A stretch of 64,000 nt of DNA from an uncultured bacterium (lineage in GTDB: Bacteria; Chloroflexota; UBA5177; JANWHV01): contig CAWHAE010000012.1 in assembly GCA_963827235.1 (NCBI GenBank), positions 192,001-256,000 on the forward strand, read 5' to 3'. A model generated the notes under the pieces. It searched no databases. It was not told the DNA's origin and saw only the letters and a list, made by a program, of their open reading frames with translations. Made by a program: the position numbers and the translations under genes. Below, in pieces: positions 1 through 9,766 of the stretch; position 1 is the first letter of the stretch, and every line of letters starts with the position of its first letter.

Positions 1-220
1 CGCCGTCGCCGCGCGCCACGACCACCCCCGCGATCTCGTGCCCCGGCACGCGCCTGGTACCGGCTGGGTACGCCCTGTGCCCACCGGCGGCAATGCGCAG
101 GTCCGTGCCGCAGATGCTGCAGGCCATGACGCGCAGTAGCGCTTCGCCCAGTCCCGGCCGCGGCACCGGCCGTTCCTCCAGGCGGATGTCGCCCGGCCCG
201 TGATAGACCAGCGCCTTCAC
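1..220 (-). CDS. Zn-dependent alcohol/polyol dehydrogenase (5' part; runs off window edge)
   Basis: Manual translation from GTG at 220: MKALVYHGPGDIRLEERPVP...CSICGTDL...PGHE (MDR Zn-binding motifs); GTGA overlap with upstream stop. Confidence 0.9.
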   Translation of the reverse strand, partial: MKALVYHGPGDIRLEERPVPRPGLGEALLRVMACSICGTDLRIAAGGHRAYPAGTRRVPGHEIAGVVVARGDG

Positions 221-1251
221 CGCGTGCCCTCGGGCAGCAAGGTGATCGGCCGCTGCTCCTGCCAGGAGCGATTGGCGGCGAGCACGCCGCGCACGGCCTG
301 GCGCCCGTCTTCGCCGCTTGCCAACGGCGGCGTACCATCGAGTACGGCCTTGACGAACGCCCGCATCTCGGCACGATAACCCTCGCGGAAGCGCTCCGGC
401 CACGTACGGTAGCTCGGCTGCACTGCACCGGTCTCCCGGTCCCGTATCTCGAGCACGGCCTTCTCCAGCACGGAGCCGATGATCAGCAGTCCCCTGGTGC
501 CGAGCACCTCCATGCGCGCATCATAGCCGTAGTCCGCCGGGCAGGTGCCGTCGATCGTGCCGATCGCGCCGCTGGCGAAGCGCAGGGTGACCACCGCGTT
601 GTCGAAGAAGTCGGGATCGTCGATGCCGTGTGCCGCGCCCTTGCGATTCGCCACCTCGGCGTAGACGCGCGCGATGTCCGATCCGGCCAGCCAGCGCACG
701 CTATCGAAATCGTGGCTGTTGACCTCGGCCAGCATGCCGTTGGAGCGGCGCAGGTCGCGGGCCCAGGGCGGGGGCAGTCCCGGCCCACGGGTCAGCGATT
801 TCACGATCATCGGATCGCCGATCTCACCGTCGTCGATCCGCTTCTTGGCCTCCGCGAATTCCGGCTGGAAGCGCCGCATGAACCCGATCTGCAGCATCAC
901 TTGCGCCTGCGCGGCGGCGCGGATCATGGCATCGCAGTCCTCGACGCTCAGGGCCATCGGCTTCTCGCAGAACACGTGCTTGTTCGCCGAGGCCGCCTGC
1001 TCCACCAGGCTCCGGTGAGTGTAGGTCGGCGTCGTGATCACCACGGCGTCGATCGCACAGTGCTGAAGGGCCGCCTCAAGCGAGGCGTACACGGCGCCGC
1101 AGCCGATTCGCGAGGCCATGCGATCTGCCGCTTCTCGACTCTCGTCCACCACGGCTGCCACGACGGCCCACCGCGTGGCCTCCGCCAGGTTCTCGGCATG
1201 AACGGTGCCGGCGCGCCCGGCCCCGACCATGGCAATTCTCAGCGATTCCAT
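217..1251 (-). CDS. Gfo/Idh/MocA family oxidoreductase (inositol 2-dehydrogenase-like)
   Basis: GAGRAG Rossmann motif, CEKP, GFMRRF, SHDFD. Confidence 0.92.
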   Translation of the reverse strand: MESLRIAMVGAGRAGTVHAENLAEATRWAVVAAVVDESREAADRMASRIGCGAVYASLEAALQHCAIDAVVITTPTYTHRSLVEQAASANKHVFCEKPMALSVEDCDAMIRAAAQAQVMLQIGFMRRFQPEFAEAKKRIDDGEIGDPMIVKSLTRGPGLPPPWARDLRRSNGMLAEVNSHDFDSVRWLAGSDIARVYAEVANRKGAAHGIDDPDFFDNAVVTLRFASGAIGTIDGTCPADYGYDARMEVLGTRGLLIIGSVLEKAVLEIRDRETGAVQPSYRTWPERFREGYRAEMRAFVKAVLDGTPPLASGEDGRQAVRGVLAANRSWQEQRPITLLPEGTR

Positions 1252-1368
1252 GTCTTCTCTCTACCGGATACTCACCCAACCGCGCTCAAACACCAGAAGC
1301 GGGACGCGGAAGTGCCTGCGTCCCGTCTTCTCGCTGCCCTCGGCACTCGAAGCGTCCGAGAGCCATCC

Positions 1369-1378
1369 TGTAATTACA
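1369..1378. promoter_or_regulatory. Palindromic operator TGTAATTACA (copy 1)
   Basis: Perfect 10-bp palindrome downstream of leftward -10; TTGTAATTACAGG shared with copy 2 in opposite orientation. Confidence 0.7.
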
Positions 1379-1404
1379 AGAATACTTAGTGCCATGCCGG
1401 CCGT

Positions 1405-1433
1405 ATAGTAGCACGGCGCGGCGCGCGTGTCAA
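1405..1433 (-). promoter_or_regulatory. sigma70-type promoter for dehydrogenase operon
   Basis: TTGACA-17 bp-TACTAT with extended -10 TGn on minus strand. Confidence 0.8.
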
Positions 1434-1751
1434 CACGTTCCTGCCGTCCAAGCGTGCCCGCAAACCGCGATCCAAACGTCCGTCCGGCACCACCGGACAT
1501 CTCGGCCGCCTCCGCGCGTGTCCGTGTAGGCGCCATGGTCGCCAGACAACAGGCCACTTCGCCGCAAAGCCGACGCCGTCGGCGATTGCGCCGGCAGTGC
1601 GGGGGTTGGCGGCGCACCGGGATCGCCAGTGTCTCGCTCGCCTCGTGGCGACGGACACGGCGGACGCGATGCCCGATCGTTTCCAGCAACAGGCATGTCG
1701 CTGCTCTCTCCACGATTCGCCGGCCCGCTGGATCTGCCACGTTCCCCTTGG

Positions 1752-1780
1752 TTGACAGGCACACCACCCTGTGCTATGGT
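1752..1780 (+). promoter_or_regulatory. sigma70-type promoter for isomerase-kinase operon
   Basis: TTGACA-17 bp-TATGGT with extended -10 TGn. Confidence 0.8.
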
Positions 1781-1800
1781 ACCCGCGTCGAAGTCCGTGT

Positions 1801-1810
1801 TGTAATTACA
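1801..1810. promoter_or_regulatory. Palindromic operator TGTAATTACA (copy 2)
   Basis: Perfect palindrome between -10 and ATG at 1822. Confidence 0.7.
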
Positions 1811-1821
1811 GGGTTACAGCA

Positions 1822-3147
1822 ATGAAAGCACGTCTTGTTCCGCTCTACTTCGCGTCAGACAGGGACGACGAATTCGTAGCCCAGGTTGGGCGCCTCAAGG
1901 ACCTCTTGCGCGACGAGGCCGACATCCTCGCTCCCGTGGCGCTGGGTGGGGTCGTGCCCGAGGCGGATGCCGTGGTATTCCCCCAGCTGCTCGGCGACGC
2001 CTACCGCCGCGCGGCCCAGATCGCGGCGCTTCAGCTCCCCATCCTCATCCTCACCTCCGAGTTCGGCACCATGGCCATGTGGGACTGGGAGATCGCCGGC
2101 TACCTCAGAGGCGAGGGCGTGGATACCATTGCCCCCTACAACCTGGATCAGACAAAGCTCGTGTGCCGCGCCCTCGTCGTCAAGCGCGAACTGCGGCAGA
2201 GCAAGTTCCTCGTCTTTCAGGACAACCCGGGCGAGGCGGGCTTCCAGCCCAGTATCTTCAAGCGGTTCTACTGGTGGGAGGACGAGTGTGCGCAGCGGAT
2301 GTTCGCCAAGTTCGGCCTCACTATCGTCAAGAAGAGCTTCAAGGAGCTCGGCGCGCGCGCCAAGGCGATCGAGGATCGGGATGCCGAAGAGGTGTGGTCG
2401 CGCTGGCAGTCCCGCCTGCTGCTCGGGGCCATGCCCAGGCGATCGCTGCTGAGCGCGCTCAAGCTCTACCTTGCCGTGCGCGAAGAGCTCGATCGGGACG
2501 CCGGCGTGCAGGGCGTCGGCATCAACTGCCTCAACGAATCCGGGTTCTCCGACACCACTCCCTGCCTGGCCTGGAACATGCTTTACGAGGAGCGCGGGCT
2601 GATCTGGGGCTGTGAAGGCGACACCGTCTCCATGCTGACCAAGCACATTCTGCATCGCTCGCTCGGCGTGCCGATCATGATGACCAACCTCTATCCGTTC
2701 CTGATGGGCCAGGCCGCGCTCAAGCACGAGCGCATCCCGAGCTTCCCCGAGGTCGAGGAGCCGGAGAATCATCTGCTCGCCGCCCACTGCGGCTACCTCG
2801 GCGTCGTGCCGCAGTCGTTCGCCGGCGAATGGCAGCTCAGACGGAAGGTGCTGGCCATCGTGGACGAGAATGCCACGGCGATCGACGCGCGTCTGCCCGT
2901 GGGCAAGCTGACCCTGGCCAAGCTGGACTCGGCGTTCGGGACCATGGCGGTGGCCGAGGGTGCCCTGACCGGCTACGCCCAGTATCCCGGCTCGGACTGC
3001 CTGAACGGCGCCGTGATCAGAGTATGCGACGGCCACAGGCTCATGGCCCGGCTTCCCTCGCACCATTCCCTGCTGCTCACCGGCCACAACCTGGTCGGCA
3101 TCAGACTGGTCGGCAAAGTGCTCGGTTTCGGCGTCGAAGAGCTCTAG
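1822..3147 (+). CDS. L-fucose/L-arabinose isomerase-like protein
   Basis: GINCL, GCEGD and AHCG motifs plus C-terminal HH typical of the FucI/AraA-like fold; adjacent to a sugar kinase. Confidence 0.65.
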   Translation: MKARLVPLYFASDRDDEFVAQVGRLKDLLRDEADILAPVALGGVVPEADAVVFPQLLGDAYRRAAQIAALQLPILILTSEFGTMAMWDWEIAGYLRGEGVDTIAPYNLDQTKLVCRALVVKRELRQSKFLVFQDNPGEAGFQPSIFKRFYWWEDECAQRMFAKFGLTIVKKSFKELGARAKAIEDRDAEEVWSRWQSRLLLGAMPRRSLLSALKLYLAVREELDRDAGVQGVGINCLNESGFSDTTPCLAWNMLYEERGLIWGCEGDTVSMLTKHILHRSLGVPIMMTNLYPFLMGQAALKHERIPSFPEVEEPENHLLAAHCGYLGVVPQSFAGEWQLRRKVLAIVDENATAIDARLPVGKLTLAKLDSAFGTMAVAEGALTGYAQYPGSDCLNGAVIRVCDGHRLMARLPSHHSLLLTGHNLVGIRLVGKVLGFGVEEL

Positions 3148-3148
3148 C

Positions 3149-4687
3149 ATGGCCGCCCAACGATATCTCGCCGGCGTCGATCTCGGTACCAGCGCCACCA
3201 AGGCGGCGCTCTACCGGGTCGACGGCACGCTGGTGGCCGAGGCAGGCGCCGAGGTGCCAATCCACTACCCGCGGCCCGGCGTGGTGGAGCAGGACAGCGA
3301 GGACTTCTACCGCACGGCGGCCGTGACCGTGCGCCGCTGTGTCGAGGCAAGCGGGATCGACCCCCGCGACGTCAAGGCCATCGCCTGCGACAGCCAGATG
3401 GCGGGCCTGGGCTCCATCGACGAGCACTTTCAGCCCGCCGCTGGTTTCGACTCCTGGCTGGATATGCGCTGCCGGCCCTTCATCGAGTCGCTGGATCGCC
3501 TGCACGGCGATCTGGTCACACGGCTCACGGGCTGCCCGCCGACCTGCGACCATGGTCCGAAAATGCTCTGGTTGCAGCACGAGCAACCGGAGCAATACCG
3601 CAACGTGGCGAAGTTCCTTATGCCCTCGGCCTTCGTGGCAGGCAAGATGGCCGGCCTCACCGCCGATCGGGCATTCATCGATCACACGTTCCTGCATTTC
3701 TCGGCTCTGAGCGATGGCCGTGCCGGCACCTGGTCGGATGAGCTGGTCGCGTTGCTGGGCGTGGAGAGAGAGAAGCTGCCTCGCATCGTTCCACCCTGGC
3801 AGATCGTGGGCGAGGTGACGGAACGGTCGGCCCAGGACTTCGGGCTGGTGGCCGGTACGCCGATCGCGGCCGGCGCCGGAGACACGGCCGCCGGCGCTCT
3901 GGGGGCCGGCGTGGTCGCAGCCGGCATGCTGCTGGATACGGCGGGAACCGCCTCGGTGCTGGCCGGCTGCACGGACCGCTTCGTCGCCGACGTCGATCAC
4001 CGCACCCTGCTGTGCATGCGCTCGGTGGTGCCCGGTCTCTGGCATCCGCTAGCCTACGTGGGCGGGGGCGGCCTCGCTCTGCGCTGGTTCCGCGACCAGT
4101 TTTCCCCCGGCGGCGGCTCGGATTCCGGCGACGACCGCTACGACCGCATGCTCGCCGGAGCGTCGGCGATTCCACCCGGAGCGGACGGACTGCGCTTCTC
4201 GCCGCATCTGGGCGGCCGTATCTGCCCCTCAGAGCCGGCCATGCGCGGCGCGTGGGCCGGATTCTCCTGGGGGCACACCCGGGACCACTTCGCCCGGGCA
4301 CTGCTGGAGAGCGTGGCGTTCGAGTACGGCTACTATCTCCGCATCCTGCGCGAGCACATTGCGGACCTCAGCCTCGTCGAGGCCCGCGTGATCGGCGGCG
4401 GGGCACGCAGCCACGTCTGGAACCAGATCAAGGCCGACGTGCTCGGCGTGCCCTATCAGCGACTGAAGCGCGCCGAGTTCGCCACCTGGGGCAGCGCGCT
4501 GATTGCCGGCTACGCGGTTGGCCTGTTCGACGACCTGGCGACCGCGGCAAGCGCGACGTCGGAGCGTCAGGGCGAGGCGGCCTGTCCGCGGCCCGAGATC
4601 ACTGCCCTCTACGCGCCCCTTGCCCGAGAATACAGCGACTGGCAGGAGGAGCTGTCCGGCACGTTCCGGCGGTGGGCGGGGTCGTAG
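3149..4687 (+). CDS. FGGY-family carbohydrate kinase (xylulokinase-like)
   Basis: GVDLGTSATK, GAGD, GGGARS, QIKADVLG motifs. Confidence 0.93.
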   Translation: MAAQRYLAGVDLGTSATKAALYRVDGTLVAEAGAEVPIHYPRPGVVEQDSEDFYRTAAVTVRRCVEASGIDPRDVKAIACDSQMAGLGSIDEHFQPAAGFDSWLDMRCRPFIESLDRLHGDLVTRLTGCPPTCDHGPKMLWLQHEQPEQYRNVAKFLMPSAFVAGKMAGLTADRAFIDHTFLHFSALSDGRAGTWSDELVALLGVEREKLPRIVPPWQIVGEVTERSAQDFGLVAGTPIAAGAGDTAAGALGAGVVAAGMLLDTAGTASVLAGCTDRFVADVDHRTLLCMRSVVPGLWHPLAYVGGGGLALRWFRDQFSPGGGSDSGDDRYDRMLAGASAIPPGADGLRFSPHLGGRICPSEPAMRGAWAGFSWGHTRDHFARALLESVAFEYGYYLRILREHIADLSLVEARVIGGGARSHVWNQIKADVLGVPYQRLKRAEFATWGSALIAGYAVGLFDDLATAASATSERQGEAACPRPEITALYAPLAREYSDWQEELSGTFRRWAGS

Positions 4688-4809
4688 GCGCCGTTCGCGG
4701 TACTCGCCCCGGCGCGATCGCGCCGCCGCGGGCCCTCCGCATGGGGCCGGCAAGGGCCGTCCCCTGCGCGGGTGACTGGCGAATCAAGGGACGGTACACC
4801 GGAGCCGAT

Positions 4810-4845
4810 GCACCCGGCCTCTCAGACGCCTGAGAGACCGGGTGC
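4810..4845. terminator. 16-bp stem hairpin between convergent genes
   Basis: GCACCCGGCCTCTCAG-ACGC-CTGAGAGACCGGGTGC (1 mismatch); no long U tract. Confidence 0.55.
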
Positions 4846-4879
4846 GGTGGCGGTCCCCACCCCGGGAAAAGACTACCGG

Positions 4880-6103
4880 CTACCGGCCGGTCTGCTGCAC
4901 CACGATGCCTACTACGAGCGGCGTCGCGCCGGCGGCGCTTCGCAGGTAAATCTCCACGTGCATACCCGTGGTGACCGACGTGACGGTCCCGCGCGTGCCG
5001 TTTGCCAGCCTCACGCTCGCCTGTGGGGCAAGGGCGTAGGTGTGCGAGCCATCGCCGTTGGTGAGAGTGAGACTCGTCGAGTCGATCGCGCCGACCGTGC
5101 CCGTGAGCACGCTGTAGGTCGCTTTCTCCGGCGCTGCCGTCGGAGAGACCGCCGGCGTTGCCGTGGGCGCGGCCGTGGTTTCGCCGACTATCACGGCGAC
5201 CACTGCCGGCTCCGAGCCCGCCACCAGGCGAATGTAGACGCGTGCCTGCTGGGGCAGCATGAGCTGGGAGAGGGTTCCGGACTGCCCGTTGACGCGCACG
5301 CTCACCTGCGGGCCGAGGGCGTAGGTGTGCGACCCGTCCGCCGTGGTGATGGTCAGGCTCGTCGAGTCGATCGCCGTGACCGTGCCCGTGATCGCGCTGT
5401 AGCTTGTCCTGGCCTGCGTTGCCGTGGGTGAGACCGTAGCGGCCGTTCCCTCGCCGACCATGACGCCGATCACCACCGGGTACGAGCTTCCCGTCGCCGT
5501 CCTCATGTAGACGCGAGCATAGGCGGGCACCGTGATCTGCGAGATGGTACTGGTCTGGCCGTGGATGCGCACGCTGACCTGCTGGCCGAGCGCGTAAGTC
5601 CGCGTGCCGTCACCGGTGGACAGCGTGAGACTCGTCTGATCGATCGCCGTGATCGTCCCGTTCACCGCCGTCGTGACGGCGCTGGCCGTGGCCGTGGCAG
5701 CCGGCGTGCTTGTTGCCGCCGCCGTGGAGTGCCCTGCCTGGCCCAGCACCACGATCGCGGTCACCGTCGCCGCCGCGCTGTAGCCGTCGTGCACGTAGAT
5801 CAGTGCATACTGCCCTGGCTCAACCTGGGACACGGTGCCCAGCGTGCCGTCCATGAGCAGCACGACGACCTGCTGCGCCAGCGGCAGCGTTCTGACACCG
5901 CCGCTGAGTCGCACCGCCACGCTGGTCTGATCGATCGACACGATCGCCCCGGTAAACCGCGCGACCGACGCCGCGGCCGCGTTGTGCGTGCCGCCCGTGC
6001 CCGTCGAGTCACCGGCCATCGACCGGGATGGACTGAAACCAAATACCAGGCCAACCAATGCCGCGAGACAGCCGAGAGCGATCAGTGTGCGACGCAGTGC
6101 CAT
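4880..6103 (-). CDS. Secreted protein with four tandem OB-like (DUF5666-like) repeats and Thr/Ala linkers
   Basis: Signal peptide MALRRTLIALGCLAALVG; four repeats of GTxTAIDxTSLTL...TYAL; RBS GGGAGAGG. Confidence 0.75.
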   Translation of the reverse strand: MALRRTLIALGCLAALVGLVFGFSPSRSMAGDSTGTGGTHNAAAASVARFTGAIVSIDQTSVAVRLSGGVRTLPLAQQVVVLLMDGTLGTVSQVEPGQYALIYVHDGYSAAATVTAIVVLGQAGHSTAAATSTPAATATASAVTTAVNGTITAIDQTSLTLSTGDGTRTYALGQQVSVRIHGQTSTISQITVPAYARVYMRTATGSSYPVVIGVMVGEGTAATVSPTATQARTSYSAITGTVTAIDSTSLTITTADGSHTYALGPQVSVRVNGQSGTLSQLMLPQQARVYIRLVAGSEPAVVAVIVGETTAAPTATPAVSPTAAPEKATYSVLTGTVGAIDSTSLTLTNGDGSHTYALAPQASVRLANGTRGTVTSVTTGMHVEIYLRSAAGATPLVVGIVVQQTGR

Positions 6104-6399
6104 GTGCCTCTCCCTTACTCCACCGCGCGTGCCTCTCACTGCCGCTGCCCACGGCCATGCCGGACCCGGAGGAGTAGACCAATATTAGCCGATAGGATAC
6201 GTCGCGGCTATGACAAGAAAGAACCGCCCCAAATGGCCCAACCCGTACGCGCCAGCCCAAATGGCGCGGGCGCGCGTCTGCGGAGTTTCGCCTCTCGCGC
6301 AAGCCGTCGCGTGTATTGCGGATCTCGCGGCTCAAGATGACGCGGGTTCGAGGCCGTTGCTCAACGGCAACGGGAACGACCGCGGTCTCAACCGGTGCT

Positions 6400-7356
6400 T
6401 CAGCGCCGCGCCATGGCGGCCCACAGAGCGTGAGCCACGAACAGCGTGTTGCCGGGGTTCTCGCCGATGCGGCGTGCCGCGTACGGCCACCACTCAGTGC
6501 CGAACGGCAGGTAGAGCCGGACCGGGTGACCGTCTTCGACCAGCCTGTCCTGGAGATCCGGACGCACTCCGTAGAGCATCTCGAACTCGTAGCTGCCCGG
6601 CGGCCATCCTGCTGCCTGCACCCTGTCCGTCACCGCGGCGATGAGCTTTTCGTCATGCGTGGCGAAAACCGGATAGACGCCGCGCTCGCGCGCTTCGACG
6701 GAGAGGAGCCGGCCGGCGAAGCGCAGGTAGGCACGCAAAATCTCGGTCCTGGAGGTCCAGCTTCGCTCGTTCCCCTCGGCGAAGGCGCCCTTGACCAGAC
6801 GCACCGTGGCGCCCTGCTCGACAAGGCTCTGCAGATCGGCGGGGCTGCGGCGGAGATACGCCTGCAAGGTGACCGCGGCGGGAAGCCCCGCCCGTGCGAG
6901 GCGCGCGTGCAGGTCGAGCGTCGGCTGCACGTACGGGAAATCCTCCATGTCGAGCATGAGGATGCGCCGGCCTTCGCCGGCGGTGGCGGCCACGAGCTCG
7001 GCCACCCGCAGCACGTTGCGCTCGCCCAGCCCAGCCGAGAGCGCGTAGCCGACCTGAGTCGGATCGACGGAGACGTGCACGTCCAGGCCCGCGGCCGCCA
7101 GACCCTGCACGGCCGCGGCAAGCTGCGCCACGTTGGCCTCGATGCGCTCCTCGGCGGTGACGTATTCTCCCAGGTAGTAGAGCGAGGCGGCAAGCCCTCG
7201 CCGCTTGAGCTGCACCGCACGGGCGATCGCGGCAGCCGGGTCCGGTCCGCCCACGAACCGGCGGGCAATCTGTTGGGTGATCTGCTGTTCCTGTACCAGG
7301 CGGCGCATGGTGTTGCTGCGCGCCAGGCGGATCATAGTCGACTGCCAGCCCACCAC
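6400..7356 (-). CDS. Proline dehydrogenase (monofunctional)
   Basis: RRFVGG, LDMED, LQAYL, RLVKGAF, ATHD, FEMLYG, YLPFG; start uncertain (GTG after GGAGAAG). Confidence 0.9.
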   Translation of the reverse strand: MVGWQSTMIRLARSNTMRRLVQEQQITQQIARRFVGGPDPAAAIARAVQLKRRGLAASLYYLGEYVTAEERIEANVAQLAAAVQGLAAAGLDVHVSVDPTQVGYALSAGLGERNVLRVAELVAATAGEGRRILMLDMEDFPYVQPTLDLHARLARAGLPAAVTLQAYLRRSPADLQSLVEQGATVRLVKGAFAEGNERSWTSRTEILRAYLRFAGRLLSVEARERGVYPVFATHDEKLIAAVTDRVQAAGWPPGSYEFEMLYGVRPDLQDRLVEDGHPVRLYLPFGTEWWPYAARRIGENPGNTLFVAHALWAAMARR

Positions 7357-7764
7357 GCCGGCTTCTCCAATCGCCCGGAAGCTCGACAAACCAAACCGCG
7401 AGACGACCCGCGCGCTCCGCGCGGCGAGCCAGTTCTCGAAGCAATAGATATGGTAGCACGACCGATCAGGCGGCCCGCTTTCGTCACCGATCGGGCGGCC
7501 GGCCCGAGCCGCGATACTGTGGGCACGGCAACGCGCTCGCTCGCCAGAAGCTCAGCGGCCGGCGCTACCGCGCGTGCACGCCGTGGCAGTCGCTGTTGTG
7601 GCGCCACGGGCATCGCACGTCTGACGAACGTTGACCGTGCGATCCACTGCCGGCCGCCGGCGCTCACGCGTGCTGGCGAGCCAGCCGAGAATGCCGCGGC
7701 TTCGTCCATGACAGGCGGTGCGGTGCAGCAGCCAGGACTGGAGCTCGTGCAGGGCATGAACGGC

Positions 7765-8232
7765 TCAGCGGATGAGGCCGCCGTGATAGAGGAGCTCGTA
7801 TGCCAGCCCCTGGTCGGTGGAGATCCACTCCCTGCCGTGGAACCAGGTGAAGTCGCCCTCATTCGTGTCGTTGTACGTGTAGGGGTCGCTCACGTGGCGG
7901 TAGCCGCCCAGGAACCGTCCCTCGTGGTAAAGGGCCGAGAGGCTGGCCCGGATCACCCGCCCGGCCTCGGCCCCTGTGATGGCGGTCGGCTCCACGATCC
8001 GGCCGTAGTAGTTCATGGCCCACACGGCCTTCCGGCGCAGGTAGGCCACCTCCTGGCCCGAAAAGTCACTCTCGCCCACGTAGCTGTCGTGGTAGGCCCA
8101 GTCGCCCTCGGTGTACTGCACGTCGTGCGAATCCAACCGGTACGGCAGGAGCTGCTTGTTCTCTCCCACGTAGGACGACGCTTTCGCACGCACGATGAAG
8201 CGCTCGAGCTGCTCGAGATCGCTCGCGTCCAA
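7765..8232 (-). CDS. DUF5680-like protein
   Basis: YHDSYVG..FSGQE...VWAMNYYG and YHGGLI pattern. Confidence 0.7.
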   Translation of the reverse strand: MDASDLEQLERFIVRAKASSYVGENKQLLPYRLDSHDVQYTEGDWAYHDSYVGESDFSGQEVAYLRRKAVWAMNYYGRIVEPTAITGAEAGRVIRASLSALYHEGRFLGGYRHVSDPYTYNDTNEGDFTWFHGREWISTDQGLAYELLYHGGLIR

Positions 8233-8420
8233 TCTGTCTCCCTCCCCTGTCGTGGCACGTCGCCCGCCGCTCTATTCACAGCACCGTGTGACCCTGCCAC
8301 GATCGTTCGCGTGGGCGGGCGCGCCGCCCGGTACCGGATGCGGTCTATGAGTTGACTGGAGGGTACACGCTCAGCCCAGCCGTGGCAAAGACGGAACGGC
8401 CGCCGCCGCTCCGTTGTCCG

Positions 8421-9623
8421 TCACATGCCGTCCGGCCGAGCGCGCTGCGGCTCGATGTAGCGGCGAATGGCCAGCGCCGCCGCGGCGCCTTCTCCGGCGG
8501 CCGAAGCGGCCTGCTTCGTGCTGCCGGCCCGGCAGTCCCCGGCTGCGAAGACGCCCGCAAGGCTCGACTGCAGCATGCCGTCGGTGGTGACGAAGCCCAT
8601 CTCGTCGAGCTCAACCACGTCCCGCACGATGGCGGTATTGGGAGTGAGACCGATGAACACGAAGACTCCGTCCGGGTGCGTCTCGCGCGTGGCGCCGGTG
8701 CGTGTGTCTTTCAGCACCACGCTGCGCAGCCGTGAATCGCCGCGAAACTCGGTGGCCGTCGTATCGGTCAGGATCTCGAGCTGCGGATTCTCCTGCACCT
8801 TCTCCACCACCACCCTGCTGGCGGAGAGAGCATCGCCGCGATTGACGATGGTCACCTTGCGGGCGAACTTGGTCAGGAACAGACCCTCCTCGCCCGCGGA
8901 GTTGCCGCCTCCGATCACGAAGACGTCTTTGTCTCGGTAGAATGGTCCGTCGCAGGTGGCGCAGAAGTGCACGCCGGCGCCGATGAAGTCCTCTTCGCCG
9001 GGAATGCCGAGCCTGCGGTAGGTCGAGCCCAGGGCCAGCAGCACCGCCCAGGCGCAATACTGTTGGCCGTCGGCAGTGTCGACCACGCGGTACATGTCGT
9101 CGGTGCCGACGCGGGTGACCTCCTGGGCGGACAGGATCTCCACGCCGAAGCGCTCGGCCTGCTGGCGCAGGCGGCCGGCGAACTCGGCGCCCGACACGCC
9201 TTCCGGAAAGCCCGGGAAGTTGTCGAGCCGCTCCGTGATCCCGGCCTGGCCGCCTACCCCGGCCCGCTCGATCACCAGCGTGTCAATGCCCTCGCGTGCC
9301 GCGTAGAGCGCCGCCGTCAGGCCGGCGGGACCGCTGCCGACCACGATCAGATCGTAGAAGCGATTCTTGGCTGTCGTCTGCAGTCCCAGCTTGGCGGCGA
9401 GCTGGGCGTTCGACGGCTCGACCAGGGTCGATCCGTCGGCGAACACGATCACGGGGATGATCTGCTTGCCCCCGTTGACGCGCTCGACCACCGCCATGCC
9501 GTCCGCATCGCTGTCGACGTCCACGAATCTGTAGTGGACGCGCTGCTCGCCGAAGAACGTCTTGGCGCGCCGGCAATCGTTGCACCAGTATGTCCCGTAC
9601 AGGGTTATCCCGGCTTCATCCAT
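8421..9623 (-). CDS. Glutaredoxin-thioredoxin reductase fusion protein
   Basis: N-terminal WCNDC Grx domain; GSGPAG, CATCDG, GGGNSA, FAAGD TrxB motifs. Confidence 0.92.
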   Translation of the reverse strand: MDEAGITLYGTYWCNDCRRAKTFFGEQRVHYRFVDVDSDADGMAVVERVNGGKQIIPVIVFADGSTLVEPSNAQLAAKLGLQTTAKNRFYDLIVVGSGPAGLTAALYAAREGIDTLVIERAGVGGQAGITERLDNFPGFPEGVSGAEFAGRLRQQAERFGVEILSAQEVTRVGTDDMYRVVDTADGQQYCAWAVLLALGSTYRRLGIPGEEDFIGAGVHFCATCDGPFYRDKDVFVIGGGNSAGEEGLFLTKFARKVTIVNRGDALSASRVVVEKVQENPQLEILTDTTATEFRGDSRLRSVVLKDTRTGATRETHPDGVFVFIGLTPNTAIVRDVVELDEMGFVTTDGMLQSSLAGVFAAGDCRAGSTKQAASAAGEGAAAALAIRRYIEPQRARPDGM

Positions 9624-9766
9624 GTTCTGCTCTCCCATTCCCCGCCGAGCCCCTAAACCGGGGCACTGCGATCATAGTGCCAGGAGCCGGCGAAACCCGC
9701 TACCTTCTCGCGTATGATCACTACGCTGTCTTCTCAAACCGTGTCGCGTTACAACGAGGATGTTCA

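Noticed and set aside
4768-4860. GGGTGACTGGCGAA resembling the start of a ZTP (pfl) riboswitch
   Set aside because: Lies between convergent 3' ends and lacks the remaining conserved elements.
6316-8355. 679-aa + strand ORF, and similar long ORFs at 12587-14260, 34946-36760, 41788-43776 and 50727-52412
   Set aside because: Antisense shadow frames of well-supported genes in GC-rich DNA; no recognisable motifs.
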